DNA of 64,000 nt from Schmidtea nova (Eukaryota). Both the position numbers and the translations under genes were made by a program. Below are positions 50,331 through 63,257 of this stretch, one piece after another. Location: NCBI GenBank assembly GCA_044892505.1, contig CM097882.1, positions 513,236,001 through 513,300,000 on the forward strand, read 5' to 3'. How positions within the stretch are numbered: the stretch's first letter is position 1; each line of letters opens with the position of its first letter. Under the pieces are notes generated by a model. The model was not told where the DNA came from, made no database searches, and was given only the letters and a program-made list of their open reading frames with translations.

Positions 50331-51151
50331 TAAATAAAATTAATTAAGTAAAGTTTGGTTTATTTATTTTACACCACATCAATATTATTTAAATTAAGCT
50401 ACGTTCCGTGATCGGATCGATCTGAAATTTTGATAACATGCAGTGTTCTCGGCATCGAATCTAGTTGCCAAATTTCAGCTTGATCCTATCACAGAAAGTG
50501 GGTTAATATGCCGTCACAAAATTTGCGTGGCACAATCAATCAATCAATCAAACGCGAAGTTAATATAGAGAAAGTAAAAAAAAATAATTAAAGTGTTACT
50601 CACAAATAAACCAGTAATCTATTTTAATGTTTATTAATAAATTAATTTCAGGTGACTCAAGTTATTTTATGTTATAGAATTCGTTGATTTCATAATTTCC
50701 TTTGATTTATAAATTAATAATGAAAGAAAATTCATACATTTATATATTTTTTATGAACCTTTTGCAAACAATATTTAATATAGTCGTACGATGAAATCTT
50801 GCATTTATAGAAGTAATAAACAGAAATTTACAGAAGTAATTAAATAATATTCAAATAAATAATGTCAAAATCTGCAAATAACTTTTGACAGTAAAACGAT
50901 GTGGATAAACAGTTCTTTTAATAGTAATTGGAATTTATTTACTAAGTCAATTATAAATAACATTTAACGCTTCCAACATTTAAATATTTATAGTTGTTTG
51001 ATTATATAATTTTAAATAAATGATTAAATAATAGTTTCGCATAGGCAAAATGAAATTTTTTATTTAAATTATCAAAATTTTCTAAATCAATAAAAAAAAT
51101 TGGGATAAATTATCATTATGATTTTATAACGCAAGATTTGGAATTACTTAT

Positions 51152-51447
51152 AAATTTATCAGTAGACATTTATACACAAGATAAATATATAATTGCATGA
51201 AAGAATTATAAGAATCAAAATTAAAATAATCTTCACATTTAATTTACTCTCAATATATAAAATAATTCAATTTGAAATGCAAAAAAAAATTTCCCCAGTT
51301 AAAATTTATCAGTAGACATTTATACACAAGATAAATATATTTGCATGAAAGAATTATAAGAATCAAAATTAAAATAATCTTCACATTTAATTTACTTTCA
51401 ATATATAAATAATTCAATTTGAAATGCAAAAAAAAATTTCCTCAGTT
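51152..51447. repeat. Tandem duplication of about 148 bp, with a partial third copy near 51498
   Basis: aaatttatcagtagacatttatacacaagataaatatat... is repeated. Confidence 0.9.
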
Positions 51448-53399
51448 AAAATGTTTCCTCAATAAATTTTTAATTTTAATTTAAAAAGAAAAATTCGAAT
51501 TACTTATAAATTTGTCAGCAGACATTTGGTTATTTAATTTAAGCTAGTAATATATAAACTAATATTTACCGATGGTAAAAGAGTAAGAAACGACCAAAAT
51601 TCTTTATCAAGACTGAGAATTGTGTGATCAGTTAATCTTTGCAGAAACTTATCCAGCGCATTTCGTCTGAATTCAATGAAAAGACCGGAAAACCTCTCAA
51701 TAGCTGTTAGATTGTGTTTTTCAGGCAAAGGCTGGATGGTATTTGGTGTAAAAATAGCAATTACAATAATATCCAATTACTGGTACAATAGCCATTGGGT
51801 AACGGTCTGACAACCTTTGGAATAACCATTGGAAATCATTGTATCTTCTTTCCACGTAATACGGCCTGAAATCGCCCTGAAAATTTATAAATTCTCTTAC
51901 TTCAAAAGCTTAACTTTTTACTTTTGTTTGTATTGTGTAGACAATATATGTTTCTAAAAACGATGAAACTTTTTTATGATTTTCTATTTTAACTTTGAAA
52001 TTCAATTCACTAGATTCACAACAACGGATATCACTTTCATAATTTTTATCGGGTTTATTATTGCTCTAATATGTTACATTTATTTTTATTTATATCAAAA
52101 TTTTATTACGTCCGATTTAAAATCGATTTGATGAAAGAAATCATTTGACTCACTACTCATCTCCAATTATTCATAAATTATTTTTGAAAATTATTTTAGA
52201 AAATTTATTAATATAAAATCTATTATATATCAATATGAAATTTAACCTGATTCAATAATTATTTAAATGCAATATGCTTAAGTATATATTTCTTTGTTTT
52301 TAATTATTTAAACAAAATGATATATTTAGGATTTTGTGAATTTCTATTTATATGAAATAGGATAAATTTAAATTTAGAAAAATATTTTAAATCTGAAATA
52401 AATTAAATATTTTGAAAATAAATAGATTCAAATTTTTAAAAAATAGGCTAACTTGCCAAGAATCAAATTTAAAAGCATATTGGTAATGACTACATTTACG
52501 ACTTATTGCGTATCTGGAAAAGAAAGAGTAAACGTAATTAGTATTGCTTGTGCAGAGGGGACAATATAAGGATATCTATAGTAACCATGACACTTAGTCA
52601 CTGATAAATAGTGGTTTCTTGGTAGCAGAATTAATTATTTAATATTAGTCACTGATCCTTATAACTTGTGATCCAGCTATCAGTGAATTGACTTCTCTGT
52701 ATACTCACGCCATCTTATCTAAAATCCACACCTATTTATCCTAAAAATATCTGATCAACACCTAAATTCAATTTTTCCTCACCATCCTATATAAATTAAT
52801 GAAACGGCGATACGGAGGAACCGATTTTTCGATCCAAACACTTTCTAACCATCGGGAACTCACAACTAGTGAACCAACAGAACCCTTCATAAAATCTTTT
52901 TAATCGAGTAAATCAACTTGAAACAGAGAAAAAAGAAAAAAAAACATGATTTTGTTCAAAAGATTTATTAAGCATATTAGAAAATCGTACAATTACAATT
53001 TACACAACAAAAAGAAATAAACATACTTGTAACAATCGTTACGGTTAAATCACTCAATACAATTAGCTGATGACGGCTGGTAAATTGATTTACAAATTTA
53101 CTAATGCCCGTCCGCAAAAGTATAAGTTACAAATGTATTCAGTGAAGTTTACAGCTAAGAGTGTGTTAAAATTATGATTTTTCAGCTTATATTTACAATG
53201 TTTTTTGTGTGACACCTACGCATTGTTAATTAAAACAAGAATATTTAAAATTTAATTCATATATTTATTTTAATATTTAAATTATTTATTTTAATAAATG
53301 ATTATTTATTTATTTTCCTTAAATTTAATTTTATAATTTTTTTTCTAAATTATTATTATCAATAATTCCCATAATGATGACTATAGATCAAAATTAATT

Positions 53400-54760
53400 T
53401 TATAAACAATAACACAATATTTCGGCACAGCCTTTATCAAGTGTGTATTTCAATCGTTAATCCTAAATAGTAACCTTAATTATATTTTTAATATTTTATA
53501 AAGATTTTATTGGATGAAAAAAAAATTATTTTAATTTTTTTGTGCGAATTGGATGTTGATAGACGGTTTGTATTTTTTTATGTAAAAAGTCTCAGAAGCT
53601 AATCTTTGTAATGAATTTTTGTATCCCTCTTGTAGAATCTGGCATTTTGTTTCTTCTATAGATGGAGTTGTTTTATGTACTTTTTCCCAATGTTCGTAAT
53701 AATTACTAGTTTTGTTTTTAGTGTTTTCATTAAGTCGGGTGCGAAAAGTTCTATGTGTTTCTCCTATGTAAGTAGCGTCACATTTTTGACAAGAAAGTTT
53801 ATATACTATATTTTTGGAAAAGCAAAAGCATCGGGTTGTGTAACGGCAAAGACATTTATGTTTGGAGATGTTGGAAATTGGTGGCTTTCGGAGTTGTGAT
53901 CTTACGGTGCGGAGGTTATGAACGTTGGACGGATGTGGATATTTATTTATAATTCAACTAAATAATGTGTGTATTTACTTTTTTCGCGCGGTAATTGATT
54001 GATTAAAACAGTCAAATTTTAATTTCAATTATATTTCCATTCCAATCTCTGTTATTTTTCCGATATTTTAATGGGGACTTCTTCTATAATTTTTAATAAA
54101 TTATTCTCTTTATTTTAATACCAATTTTATTCTTTGACCATGCTTTTTATTAGCAATGATCTTTCCCATTCAATTCTCGCGCGGTCTTTTGTATGTAAAT
54201 TTGATCTGCACTCAAATTGTGTGCTCACTTTTGAGATGCATCTTTTTTTATCGTTTTCTCATACTTCGATCAACTTTTGGAATGCGGTTAGTAGACTTAC
54301 TATTTGCGCTTTAATATTTTATATACTTTGGTGCTATTTTCCTGTTTAATGCTCTTATGGATGATCGTGCAATTTAAACTATTTTTTAAAGTATTTTTTT
54401 TAAAGTATTTTTTAATTTTTGACGTATTAAAACAAAAATTAATCCTCACTTTTACCAACGCAACAAGAATCTACGAGCGAATGTGGTCAGATATGTAATC
54501 TATTATCGTTAATTCCCAACAACGTTTCAGTTCCATCTTCGTTGCTTGCATTTTTGTCTCTAACTCATTAATAGTTCGGAGCGCCCGTTCTAAACTTCTA
54601 TGAAGGTTCTTTATCTGACATGGCGCTAGGCAAGTGTTCTGTAACCCCTCAAGCCTACGTTTCAATTCCCTATTTGATTTTTCATCCCAAACTTCCCGTT
54701 GTCTAGAGTTTTACAGTTGCTAATCTTTTTACCGTTTAATTTCGGCGCCATTAGATAAAA
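53400..54760 (-). mobile_element. Penelope-like element lacking RT (N-terminal domain joined to GIY-YIG)
   Basis: N-terminal RLEGLQNTCL..SLERALRTINELE; C-terminal KCLCRYTTRCFCFSKNIVYKLSCQKCDATYIGETHRTFRTRLNE..KPSINIQ. Confidence 0.75.
53412..53444 (-). ncRNA. Minimal type-I hammerhead ribozyme candidate (U3-A8 core variant)
   Basis: ACAC-TTGATAA-A-GGC-TGT-GCC-GAAA-TAT-T-GTGT, just 3' of a Penelope GIY-YIG region. Confidence 0.55.
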
Positions 54761-56320
54761 AGATAATAAATGAAAAATCTATCTTATCTGAGTTTTATCA
54801 TCATATTTCTAAGTCTCCAACATTGGTTTTAACCTGGTCTATAAGAAAATGTCACGACTCTCACGCAGGATAAAGGATGAAGATTCTTACACATTTATTA
54901 AGATGAAAATCAGATCACTAAAGACATTTAAAATTATTTCATTATTAGTTCAGTTGAAATCACTGGCTGGCGTCGTTTCGTCTAACTTTCCGCGGAAGAC
55001 GATTAGAGTATACGGCATGTCCGAGTGCCAGCTACTCTTTATTCGTTATCTTTCCAGATGAAAATAGGAGCCTTCATCAAGGAATACTGCTAGGTAGGGT
55101 CGCAAACTAGGCCTGACCGCGTGTCTCTCTGCCTCCATCTACTTATATTGGCAACTCCTTCAAGCCATACCAGAGGACATGACAACCCCAAGTATTTTCC
55201 AGATTCAATAGGGGTAGCCAACATTCCTTTACTCATCAATTGTTTTGTCCGAAGATGTCACTGATAACCCAATGTGGTAACATTTGCGAGAAATCTTTTT
55301 TATGCGCTGTACTTGTAGCGTCTTTACAGTTGGGTCCTTTATCATCATATGGCCCTTACCCTGATGTTCTGGCCAAATTACGAACCTCTTTATACCTGGA
55401 TTGGATTTCATCTAAACAAAAATGGTATAAGAAATGATTTCAAGCGCCTTGCACGATTCCATGGCTATTAGACTTTATTTCGTATTGTTTAGATTTTATA
55501 GTAATTATAGTGCATCAGAATTTAGAAAAATATATTTTTGTCATGTCAAAATTCATAACATGTATAACTCTTTCCCGTTTGTTCGATGCTAATACCCAGG
55601 AATACTAGTTCAGATCTTTTACAATCATTTAACTCATACAAAGAGTAATGATAGTTGATGATTTCCACAGCATTATCGATAATCTAGTTACGCACAGATC
55701 AAAGGTGCTGATTTCTAAGACCAAATTCGACTTCATGTGTTTACACAATCACTCGTTTACCGAGCACACTATCATCCTTAGTCATAAAGAGGCCTGCCTT
55801 ACATTCTCGTCGTTCTAAATTCGTATTGTTGACAAAGGTCTTTTTGGCAAAAAGACCGATTTTGATCCTGTGTAATTATTCGAATAATTGTGAGTTTTTA
55901 CGAAAATGTTCATCAGTGTACTTAATTAGCCAACAACTGTATCCTCATCATTGGTTCTTTTTATGTAGGCTGACGTTAATGACAAAGACGTTTGTGACAC
56001 GAAAACGGGTATCTAGTGTGAATTCTGTGTTTACTCCTGTCGGTGTTAATATTAAAATCGTAAAAGTAGAAAGAAATAATATTAAAAGCAAAACTAAAAT
56101 ATCAAAATAAAAATGCAAGAAAAAAAATAGAAAGAAAATATCCAGAAATAAGCTGAAAGTCAATTTGAAAGAATTTCGTATTGGAGTGATCAGGATCTTT
56201 TTAAAATCAAAATATGTCATTTAAATAAACATTGCGGAGAAAACTTAACACTGTTACTTTATTATTATATAAAAATGCAAGTACTTACTAAAAGTTATCA
56301 AAAATAAAATTAAAATACAT

Positions 56321-57041
56321 CGTGGAGATTTATATGGTTGAACTCCAAATCAAAAGATGAATTCAATAATAGAAATAAAAATTGAATGAAGGGTAAGCAG
56401 AGAAAGTTATATTGATAAAATAAATTAATTAAAAGTAATTAATCGCTCAATGGAAAGCTCGAGTCAATGGAAAACCCGAGAGATGAGAAAAACTCGAATC
56501 GCAGGAAGACCCGAGACATCAAATGCGGGTGATTGCGCAAAGCAATTAGGGATAAAATCCACCCTGAAGATCAACAACTTAATTTGTTGTTGGGGCAATT
56601 AGGCCAGAGAATTTCAAATAATGTTGACCCAGATTCAGATAATTGTCTTTCGATGAACCTGAAAAAAGTGAGCGGAAAAGAAAAGAACCGCCAGTTGGTT
56701 GAAAGTGAAAATCGTAAAATATTGCAACAAATGTTTGAAAACATTTAAAATTAAAATAAATTATTAAAGTTCAGAGTCGTGAAGAAGATAATGAAAAGAA
56801 GTGAGAAAAACTTTTAATAAAACTTAATAAAATAAAACGTAACGTAAATCAAATCAAATAACGAGAAAAGTGCAAATAAGTGCAAATCAAAAATTGAATT
56901 GATTAAATAAGTTTTTATCAAAGACAGATCGTATTTGTGGTGACAATCAAATAAAATATTCTGTGGTGGGATTTATTGATTTTCGGTTAATAAATGGACA
57001 CGAGGAGTTATATTAAGCCCCGATCTATTGTTCAAATAACA
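56321..57041 (+). mobile_element. Solo gypsy LTR of the same family
   Basis: 17-bp AATGGAAAACCCGAG-type repeats at 56448-56517; AATAAA and U5 end ...AAATAACA; start approximate. Confidence 0.55.
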
Positions 57042-57296
57042 CTCCTCTTAGTCAGTTGCATATGTGATTCCAAATTTTCCTTCAGCATCATTCTACTTCA
57101 ACTGCATAATTGGTACATCTCCCTAAGTCGTAATTTCTAGGCTCTCAATCCATCTCATTTATCTACTCAAGAGGTCGGATCTCCTCAAATGATTTGCTGA
57201 GCTTGTCAGAGAACATTTGTCAGACTTGGGACTAGTTTATCCTCCAAAAATCTATTATCATTAATTACATTATAGTTTTACCCGTTAATTAGAAAA

Positions 57297-57995
57297 TGTC
57301 ACGGCTTGATCCGGTCGCTCGCCTTGCGAATGAGAGGACCCGAGCATCGTGGGAATCGGTCGAGCACTCCCAGCACACGGTTCCAAATTATTTAAGAACA
57401 ATTTTCTCGAAGATCGTGGATTCACTTATTAAGATCATGACTTGATCTCTTCATTCACATGGAAACCACTGGTAAACTCGCCATGCACGGTTTCGAGGGA
57501 AAATTAATTATTTGATTTTAATCGGGTGGAGAAATATTCAAAAGGCATCGAATATAAAACTACAAATTACCGTTTATTAAATCCGATCGATACAAAGCTC
57601 TGATGAAGTTTTCAAATGTTAATTCGTAAGAATAATTTTCCGAGTTTCAAGGAACAGACAAAAAGGTTCCACAAAAAATATCTTACAAGCACATAGACCA
57701 CCCATAACATTCACCCATTACACAACATGCACGTAATAATTGGATTAGAAATTCGAAATCACAGAAAATTGAACATATTTTATTGGTAAATCTTTTATTA
57801 TTTAAATAAAGTTTAATATAAACTTTGAGTTCTTTATTGATTTATATATAACCAGTGCACGTTGGAATTTCAAATATCGGAACCTCAATAATTTGTTTTT
57901 GTAATATTTCTTTCTGGGACCCCCCCTTAACTTTATATTTTTTTTATTGAAATTCGATTCATCATCTAGCATCTGCTCATATCAATTCCTCCACA
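57297..57995. mobile_element. LTR-like segment(s), possibly one solo LTR or two opposed fragments
   Basis: TGTCACGG...CCTCCACA flanked by AAAA on both sides; the reverse complement of 57905-57930 resembles 63293-63312. Confidence 0.4.
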
Positions 57996-58189
57996 AAATA
58001 ATTAATAATTAATTTTGTACTTTAATTATTACTTTTTACATTTTGATGTATTTATTGATTTGCACTTAGTTTTTCTGCTTTTTATTTTACTCCGTGTTTT
58101 TCCAAACAAACCCAAACACTCTGTAATTATCTTTTATTCATTCACAATCTAACTAAATTAACCGTTGAGTAAAATGAAACTAGTTAATT

Positions 58190-58385
58190 GAATATTTAAT
58201 AAACACAATTGATGAAAAGACTATTGCATTTAGACCAAGGCGTATTCCAAAATGTAAGCAGGTAGAAGTAAAAAAATATTTGAAAGAGACGCTGGAATCA
58301 GGAATATTACAGCCTAGTTGATCTTCATAGACTTTTCCAGTTGTAGTGGTAAAAAAGAAAAATGTAGATATAAAAATATGTGGTT
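58190..58385 (+). pseudogene. Ty3/gypsy reverse transcriptase N-terminal fragment
   Basis: RPRRIPKCKQVEVKKYLKETLESGILQPS*SS*TFPVVVVKKKN.DIKIC. Confidence 0.8.
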
Positions 58386-59094
58386 GCCAGGCGTCCCGAT
58401 TATTTGGAATTGTCACAGGATTTTGTCCCAGTGTCAGGAACAAACCTTTTGAGACCCACAAAAGTTCCAGTTTTCAAATTTTTTATTATGCATACTTTTT
58501 AAGCATTGGTAGTTGAAAATATTTTACAGAACATTGGAAACTATGATTTCAATTGTTGCTAAATGTATAGCTATGTTCTTAAAAGTAAAGTAGTCTTGCA
58601 GAAGGCAAAATCTAACGAAAAATATGCAAATTGATGCTTAAAATTGTTTTTTACTATGTCTATATTTTAATTTATTTTTGTCTGTTCTTGTTTCAGTAAT
58701 TAAATAATTAATGTTAAAATTTGTCTTATGTAATTTAAATTAAAAATTAAGTAAAAGCCACATGGAAGCCCAAGCAAGTCAAAATCTTGGAAAGAGAAAA
58801 AAATTAAATGATCTAATATTTTTGATATTTTTGAAAGGATGGAGGTGTCTCGGTTTGACTTGCAAGAACGCCATCAATCCTAAAGAATATGCATTGTTTA
58901 TATAATGCTATATGTAAAAGGAACTAGACCATTATTACCAATGTATTTGTTTGCATAAAAATCAGAAATCCGTTACAATGGCTAATTACTGATAAAACTG
59001 AGAAGTACAATCAAATCTTGTTACTATGCCACTCTCGCTACACCGTATAACGATGACCAACATCTCCTATAATATAAAATTAAATTACACTATA

Positions 59095-60158
59095 CACCAG
59101 GTTTCACTGTATATGGCTACCTATAATAATCAAATAGCTTATATTATAGAAAAATACACACCTACCTGTACCTAATTCATTGCTGTTTTACTGAAAATGG
59201 CGATTTATTATGTCGTAGACAAAGAGTAAGAAAAAATAATAATTACACACAAATACAAAACATAGAAAAAAACAGATGGTAACTTTCATGGGTGTGTTTT
59301 GTTTTATTCAATATGGCTACCATATATAATTTTTATCAGCAGAAAAATTGAAAATTAAAATGAAAAATAAAATTTCAATAATTGGATCTGATGAATCTAC
59401 ATTGAGTTTCCGCGAAAATGATGAAATATCATCATAAGTGTTATAATTTAAGTATTGAAAAATTTATATTTTCCCAGTTTTTCAGACAATTCACTGGAAA
59501 CAATGGCATTTCGTGAAGATGAATTAGGAAAATGGTATCACCTTTTTTATTTATTAAAATATTTTTATGGTCTTAGCCTTTCAGATATTCCTGGTACATC
59601 GTACAACTGCATTTCATTCGATATCCGAAAAAAATGTTCGAAAATCGTAAGATGAAATAATAAATATTTAAAAAGTTATTTGATTTTTATAGGATTTCAG
59701 ATATCGACAAAGCCAGAATCATAAACGCAAAGGAAAATAAACAAGATTACTTTCATTTGGGAAGCTTACTTGGCCACCATATAGCCCTTTCCTCAACCCA
59801 ATCGAAAGTTTATTTAGCAAAATAAAATGCAGTTTAAGGAAGAAAATATCCCGATCAAATTTTTACTTACCTTTGATGTTAATAATTCCATAATATCATA
59901 AACATTTTCCACTAATTATTTAAAAATTAAATAAAAATAGAATTGATGAATAAAGATAACCTTTTAAAGCTTTTATATTGATCTCATATCATTATGAGAT
60001 GAAAAGAAAAGACTTAAAAGTTATCCTAATTACAAAAATTACCTGAAAGCCATTTTAAAATGGCTAATTACAACAAGTTTTAAAAAATGAGTAATAATAA
60101 CTCGTGATGTATCTCACTCACCTGCATTATAGGTCGCCATATCCAGTGAAACACGGTG
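59095..60158 (+). mobile_element. Related Tc1/IS630-like element nested in the outer element; DDE remnants with intron-like segments
   Basis: 33-bp TIRs caccaggtttcactgtatatggctacctataat / inverse ending 60158; TA flanks; IIGSDES and WPPYSPFLNPIESLFSKIK. Confidence 0.8.
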
Positions 60159-60756
60159 TAGAAATTCAAAACACTCACCTGTGTGTTATCGGTGTGCTAA
60201 CATTCATTGACATCCTTTATTATGTGGTAGACAAAAAGGATAGAAAAATTTTGTAAACCACAAAAAGGCATTATATAGTAAAAACTGCATGCAAACTTTT
60301 AATGGGTGCAAATCTAATCAATCACTAACATCCCATAATAAATCTTACGCACACAAAAAAGTTGATATTTTCTTCATTTTAATTATTTTTTTATCGATTT
60401 TTAAAATGAAATTAAAAGCAAAATCATTGAAAAAAAATATATTTCAAGAGGGCATATTGTAAGATGTCTTTTTCATTTAAAAATTAAATAAATTTTTTAT
60501 AGCAAATCTGATAATTCTGAAGGCTCCAAGTTAAGCTTTCGGGAAAATGACCAGCCAAATTTGTAAAAATTATTTTTTTATTATAAAAATAATAAAATTT
60601 TGATAGCAATTCTGATATTTCTGAAGGCTCCACGTTAAGCTTTCGGGAAAATGACCAGCTAAATTTGTAAATATTATAATTTTTAATATATCATTAAATC
60701 AAAATTTTTATAGAATATCATTTAATGAAGGGCAATCAAGTTCTACAAGGCTTGGT

Positions 60757-61053
60757 TTGGAGAGAAAAACTAGAAAAAAAGCTGACAAAGTCAAAATCGT
60801 GAATGCCATGGAAAATGGGGAGGATTATTTTCAATTTGGTAGACTGTTAGGAATTACTAAAAACACAATAAAAGCAATAGTAATTAAGTATAAAAAATTT
60901 GGCTTTATATCAAAAGGGAAAATCGGTGGCAGCAAATCAAAGATTTCCGAAGAAAATGGAAACAAACTGTTAGATTATGTAGAAAAAAAATTATTTTTCA
61001 AATCTAACAGAAATAAAAAATTACTTAAATACACAAAACTGTTCGAGTTTTGA
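60757..61053 (+). CDS. Truncated transposase DNA-binding (paired-like HTH) ORF
   Basis: GRLLGITKNTIKAIVIKYKKFG..KGKIGGSK. Confidence 0.65.
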   Translation: MERKTRKKADKVKIVNAMENGEDYFQFGRLLGITKNTIKAIVIKYKKFGFISKGKIGGSKSKISEENGNKLLDYVEKKLFFKSNRNKKLLKYTKLFEF

Positions 61054-63257
61054 AAAATAGTCCAAAATGCTTCAAAAAAATAGATATTGTAGCAGCTGCA
61101 AATATATTTAATAAAACAAATATAGCAGCTAAAAATATATTTAATAAAACAAATTGTTCTTTCTTAGCTGCCAATATATCATCAGATTTCACAGTTGATT
61201 TAGTCTTCTTTTCCTTCATTAAATAGCTGTCTTTAATGCGCTCTGGTATATCAATGGTAGAAATATCGATCTTTGTGCTTGTAGCAATCACTGGGGTGAT
61301 TGATTGTCTCATTCGCCTCTTGTGCTCACTGAATTCTTTTGTACGATTTGCGTTCTTTTTCATTACTACATTCAATGGGTAACTTTGTGGTTTGCATTGG
61401 GTTTTAATTGGTGCAGCTTCCATTTTTCTTAAATTGCTTCTTGCATGTAGTTTTTTAAATAAGGTGAAAAGTGCCATTTTTGTGTGATTTAAACAAATCG
61501 CATTTTTTTTTAATAATAGATTTTAATATATAGATATAGATATTTAATTAAATAATATAATAACATATAAATAACGGAGGCACTACAGATATCTCTGGAG
61601 ATTAATGTTATTAATGTAATAAAATAATAAATTTTACTTTAGTTACTTAATTTATGTGAATATTAATCCATTAAATTGTTGGCAAAATGCTAAAAAAGTG
61701 ATATTTAAATGAAAAAATTAAGTAAATTTCTTAATTAAAACAAAGAAAATTCATGAGTAATCATGAATACGCACACCAACTAGCATTATAGAGGATGCTA
61801 GTCATCGTTATACGGTGTATAATACCACTTTTACTAGGTTCCAACAAAATTAAATATAAAATAAATTTACTATACCACTCTACTCTCGCTACTATGCCTA
61901 TATTGTGTAATTGTCAAAAGGCACGAGTTTTGAAAAGCCTATGTTTTTGCACAATGCTCGATTATCACTCATGTCCCAAAGGTGAAGCGATAAATTAAGT
62001 CAAACTGCACACAACAACACTCGGCGCACTTGGAGTACCGTACGGAAGTTGTTGCAACAGAAAGTGGGAAGCCAGGTGTGATGCAAGCGTGCGATCAGTA
62101 AGATAACGAGATGCACATGATCCGCCAAAAGAAGATGCGCCAACCGACAATTCTTTAGAGCTTTGGTCGGATAATTAACTTGAGAAAATAAATCTATTTT
62201 TACAAACCCTCGTTACTATGCACTCTTGTTACTTTGCCACTCTTGCTCGATCGTGACAGGTGACATAGTTACGAGATTTGACTGTATTCGATTTATATTA
62301 AAATTATTACACTTTTTTAACGGATTTCGGATTTTTACGGTAACAAATACATTTTGGAGAAAAAAGTGGAATTGGAAGAATGCAACAATAATTCATTAAT
62401 TAGTTAATTTATAAATTTAATTAAGTGTTTAAAAAACCAACAAATCACGTGAGAAACAATTATAGATTAATTTAGTAGTAAATTAAATCCAAAGATAAAT
62501 TGATAAATAATTTACCTATTCCCATTTCGAGTACCACAGGAACAATAAAAGTAATCGGTAGACATACATGGAATATCTGAAAGGCTAAAAACATTGTAAA
62601 TATTTTTTAATTAAAAATAATTCCTCAACTTCGCAAGTTTTTAGTGAAGAATTTTCTGAAATTCTTTGAAAATATAAATTTATTATAATTTAAATTATAT
62701 TACTTACGATGATATTTCATCATTTTCACGAAAACTCAAGGCAGATTCCTCAGATTCATTTTAAAGAAATTTTATCCGTCATTTTCATTTTCAATGTTTT
62801 TAATGATTCAAATTTTGTGTGAGATTATAGAATGAAACAATTGACGCATTTGGAAGTTTACATCTTATTTTTTCTATGTTTTGTGTTTGTGTGAGATTAT
62901 GTTTTATTCTATCACTTTTTCTACGACATAATAAATGATACGATTGAGTAAAACAGCAATGGATAAGGTACAGGTAGGTGTGTATTTTTCTATAGTATAA
63001 GCTTACTGATTATTATAGGTTATACACTTCAGCGAAACACAGTGTACAAACTGCTGCAGAAAACATTGGTTACCAAGGAAACTAAATCAAACGTGATTAT
63101 GGGCTAATACCATTTATATAGATTGTTGGGTTGTGTCTAAACAATCACAAAAAATATATGCAAATTAATAAAAACATAAAATTTTAATAATTAAAGTACA
63201 AAGATTAATTTATATTTGTGAAATTAAAAAATAATGATTTAACGGGGGAAACTGGTA

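Larger units (their letters stand above)
59041..61817 (+). mobile_element. Tc1/IS630-like element (outer), 33-bp TIRs, TA TSD
   Basis: caccgtataacgatgaccaacatctcctataat versus its inverse ending 61817 (4 mismatches); contains an HTH ORF at 60757-61053. Confidence 0.85.

Noticed and set aside
49800-50333. 177-aa ORF
   Set aside because: Artefact of the N run.
50400-50580. Helentron/DINE-like non-autonomous element with (CAAT)n
   Set aside because: Suggestive motifs only; termini are obscured by the gap.
51540-51860. Possible host exons with splice-like sites
   Set aside because: No recognisable protein and no consistent frame.
53060-53115. CTGATGA plus hairpin as a hammerhead
   Set aside because: No GAAA after the stem; more likely a retroelement 3' stem-loop, and I could not assign it.
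54738-54752. TGGCGCCGAAA on the minus strand as a tRNA PBS or hammerhead
   Set aside because: No preceding LTR CA end and no gag; the hammerhead core and stem II are not intact despite a flanking 9-bp stem.
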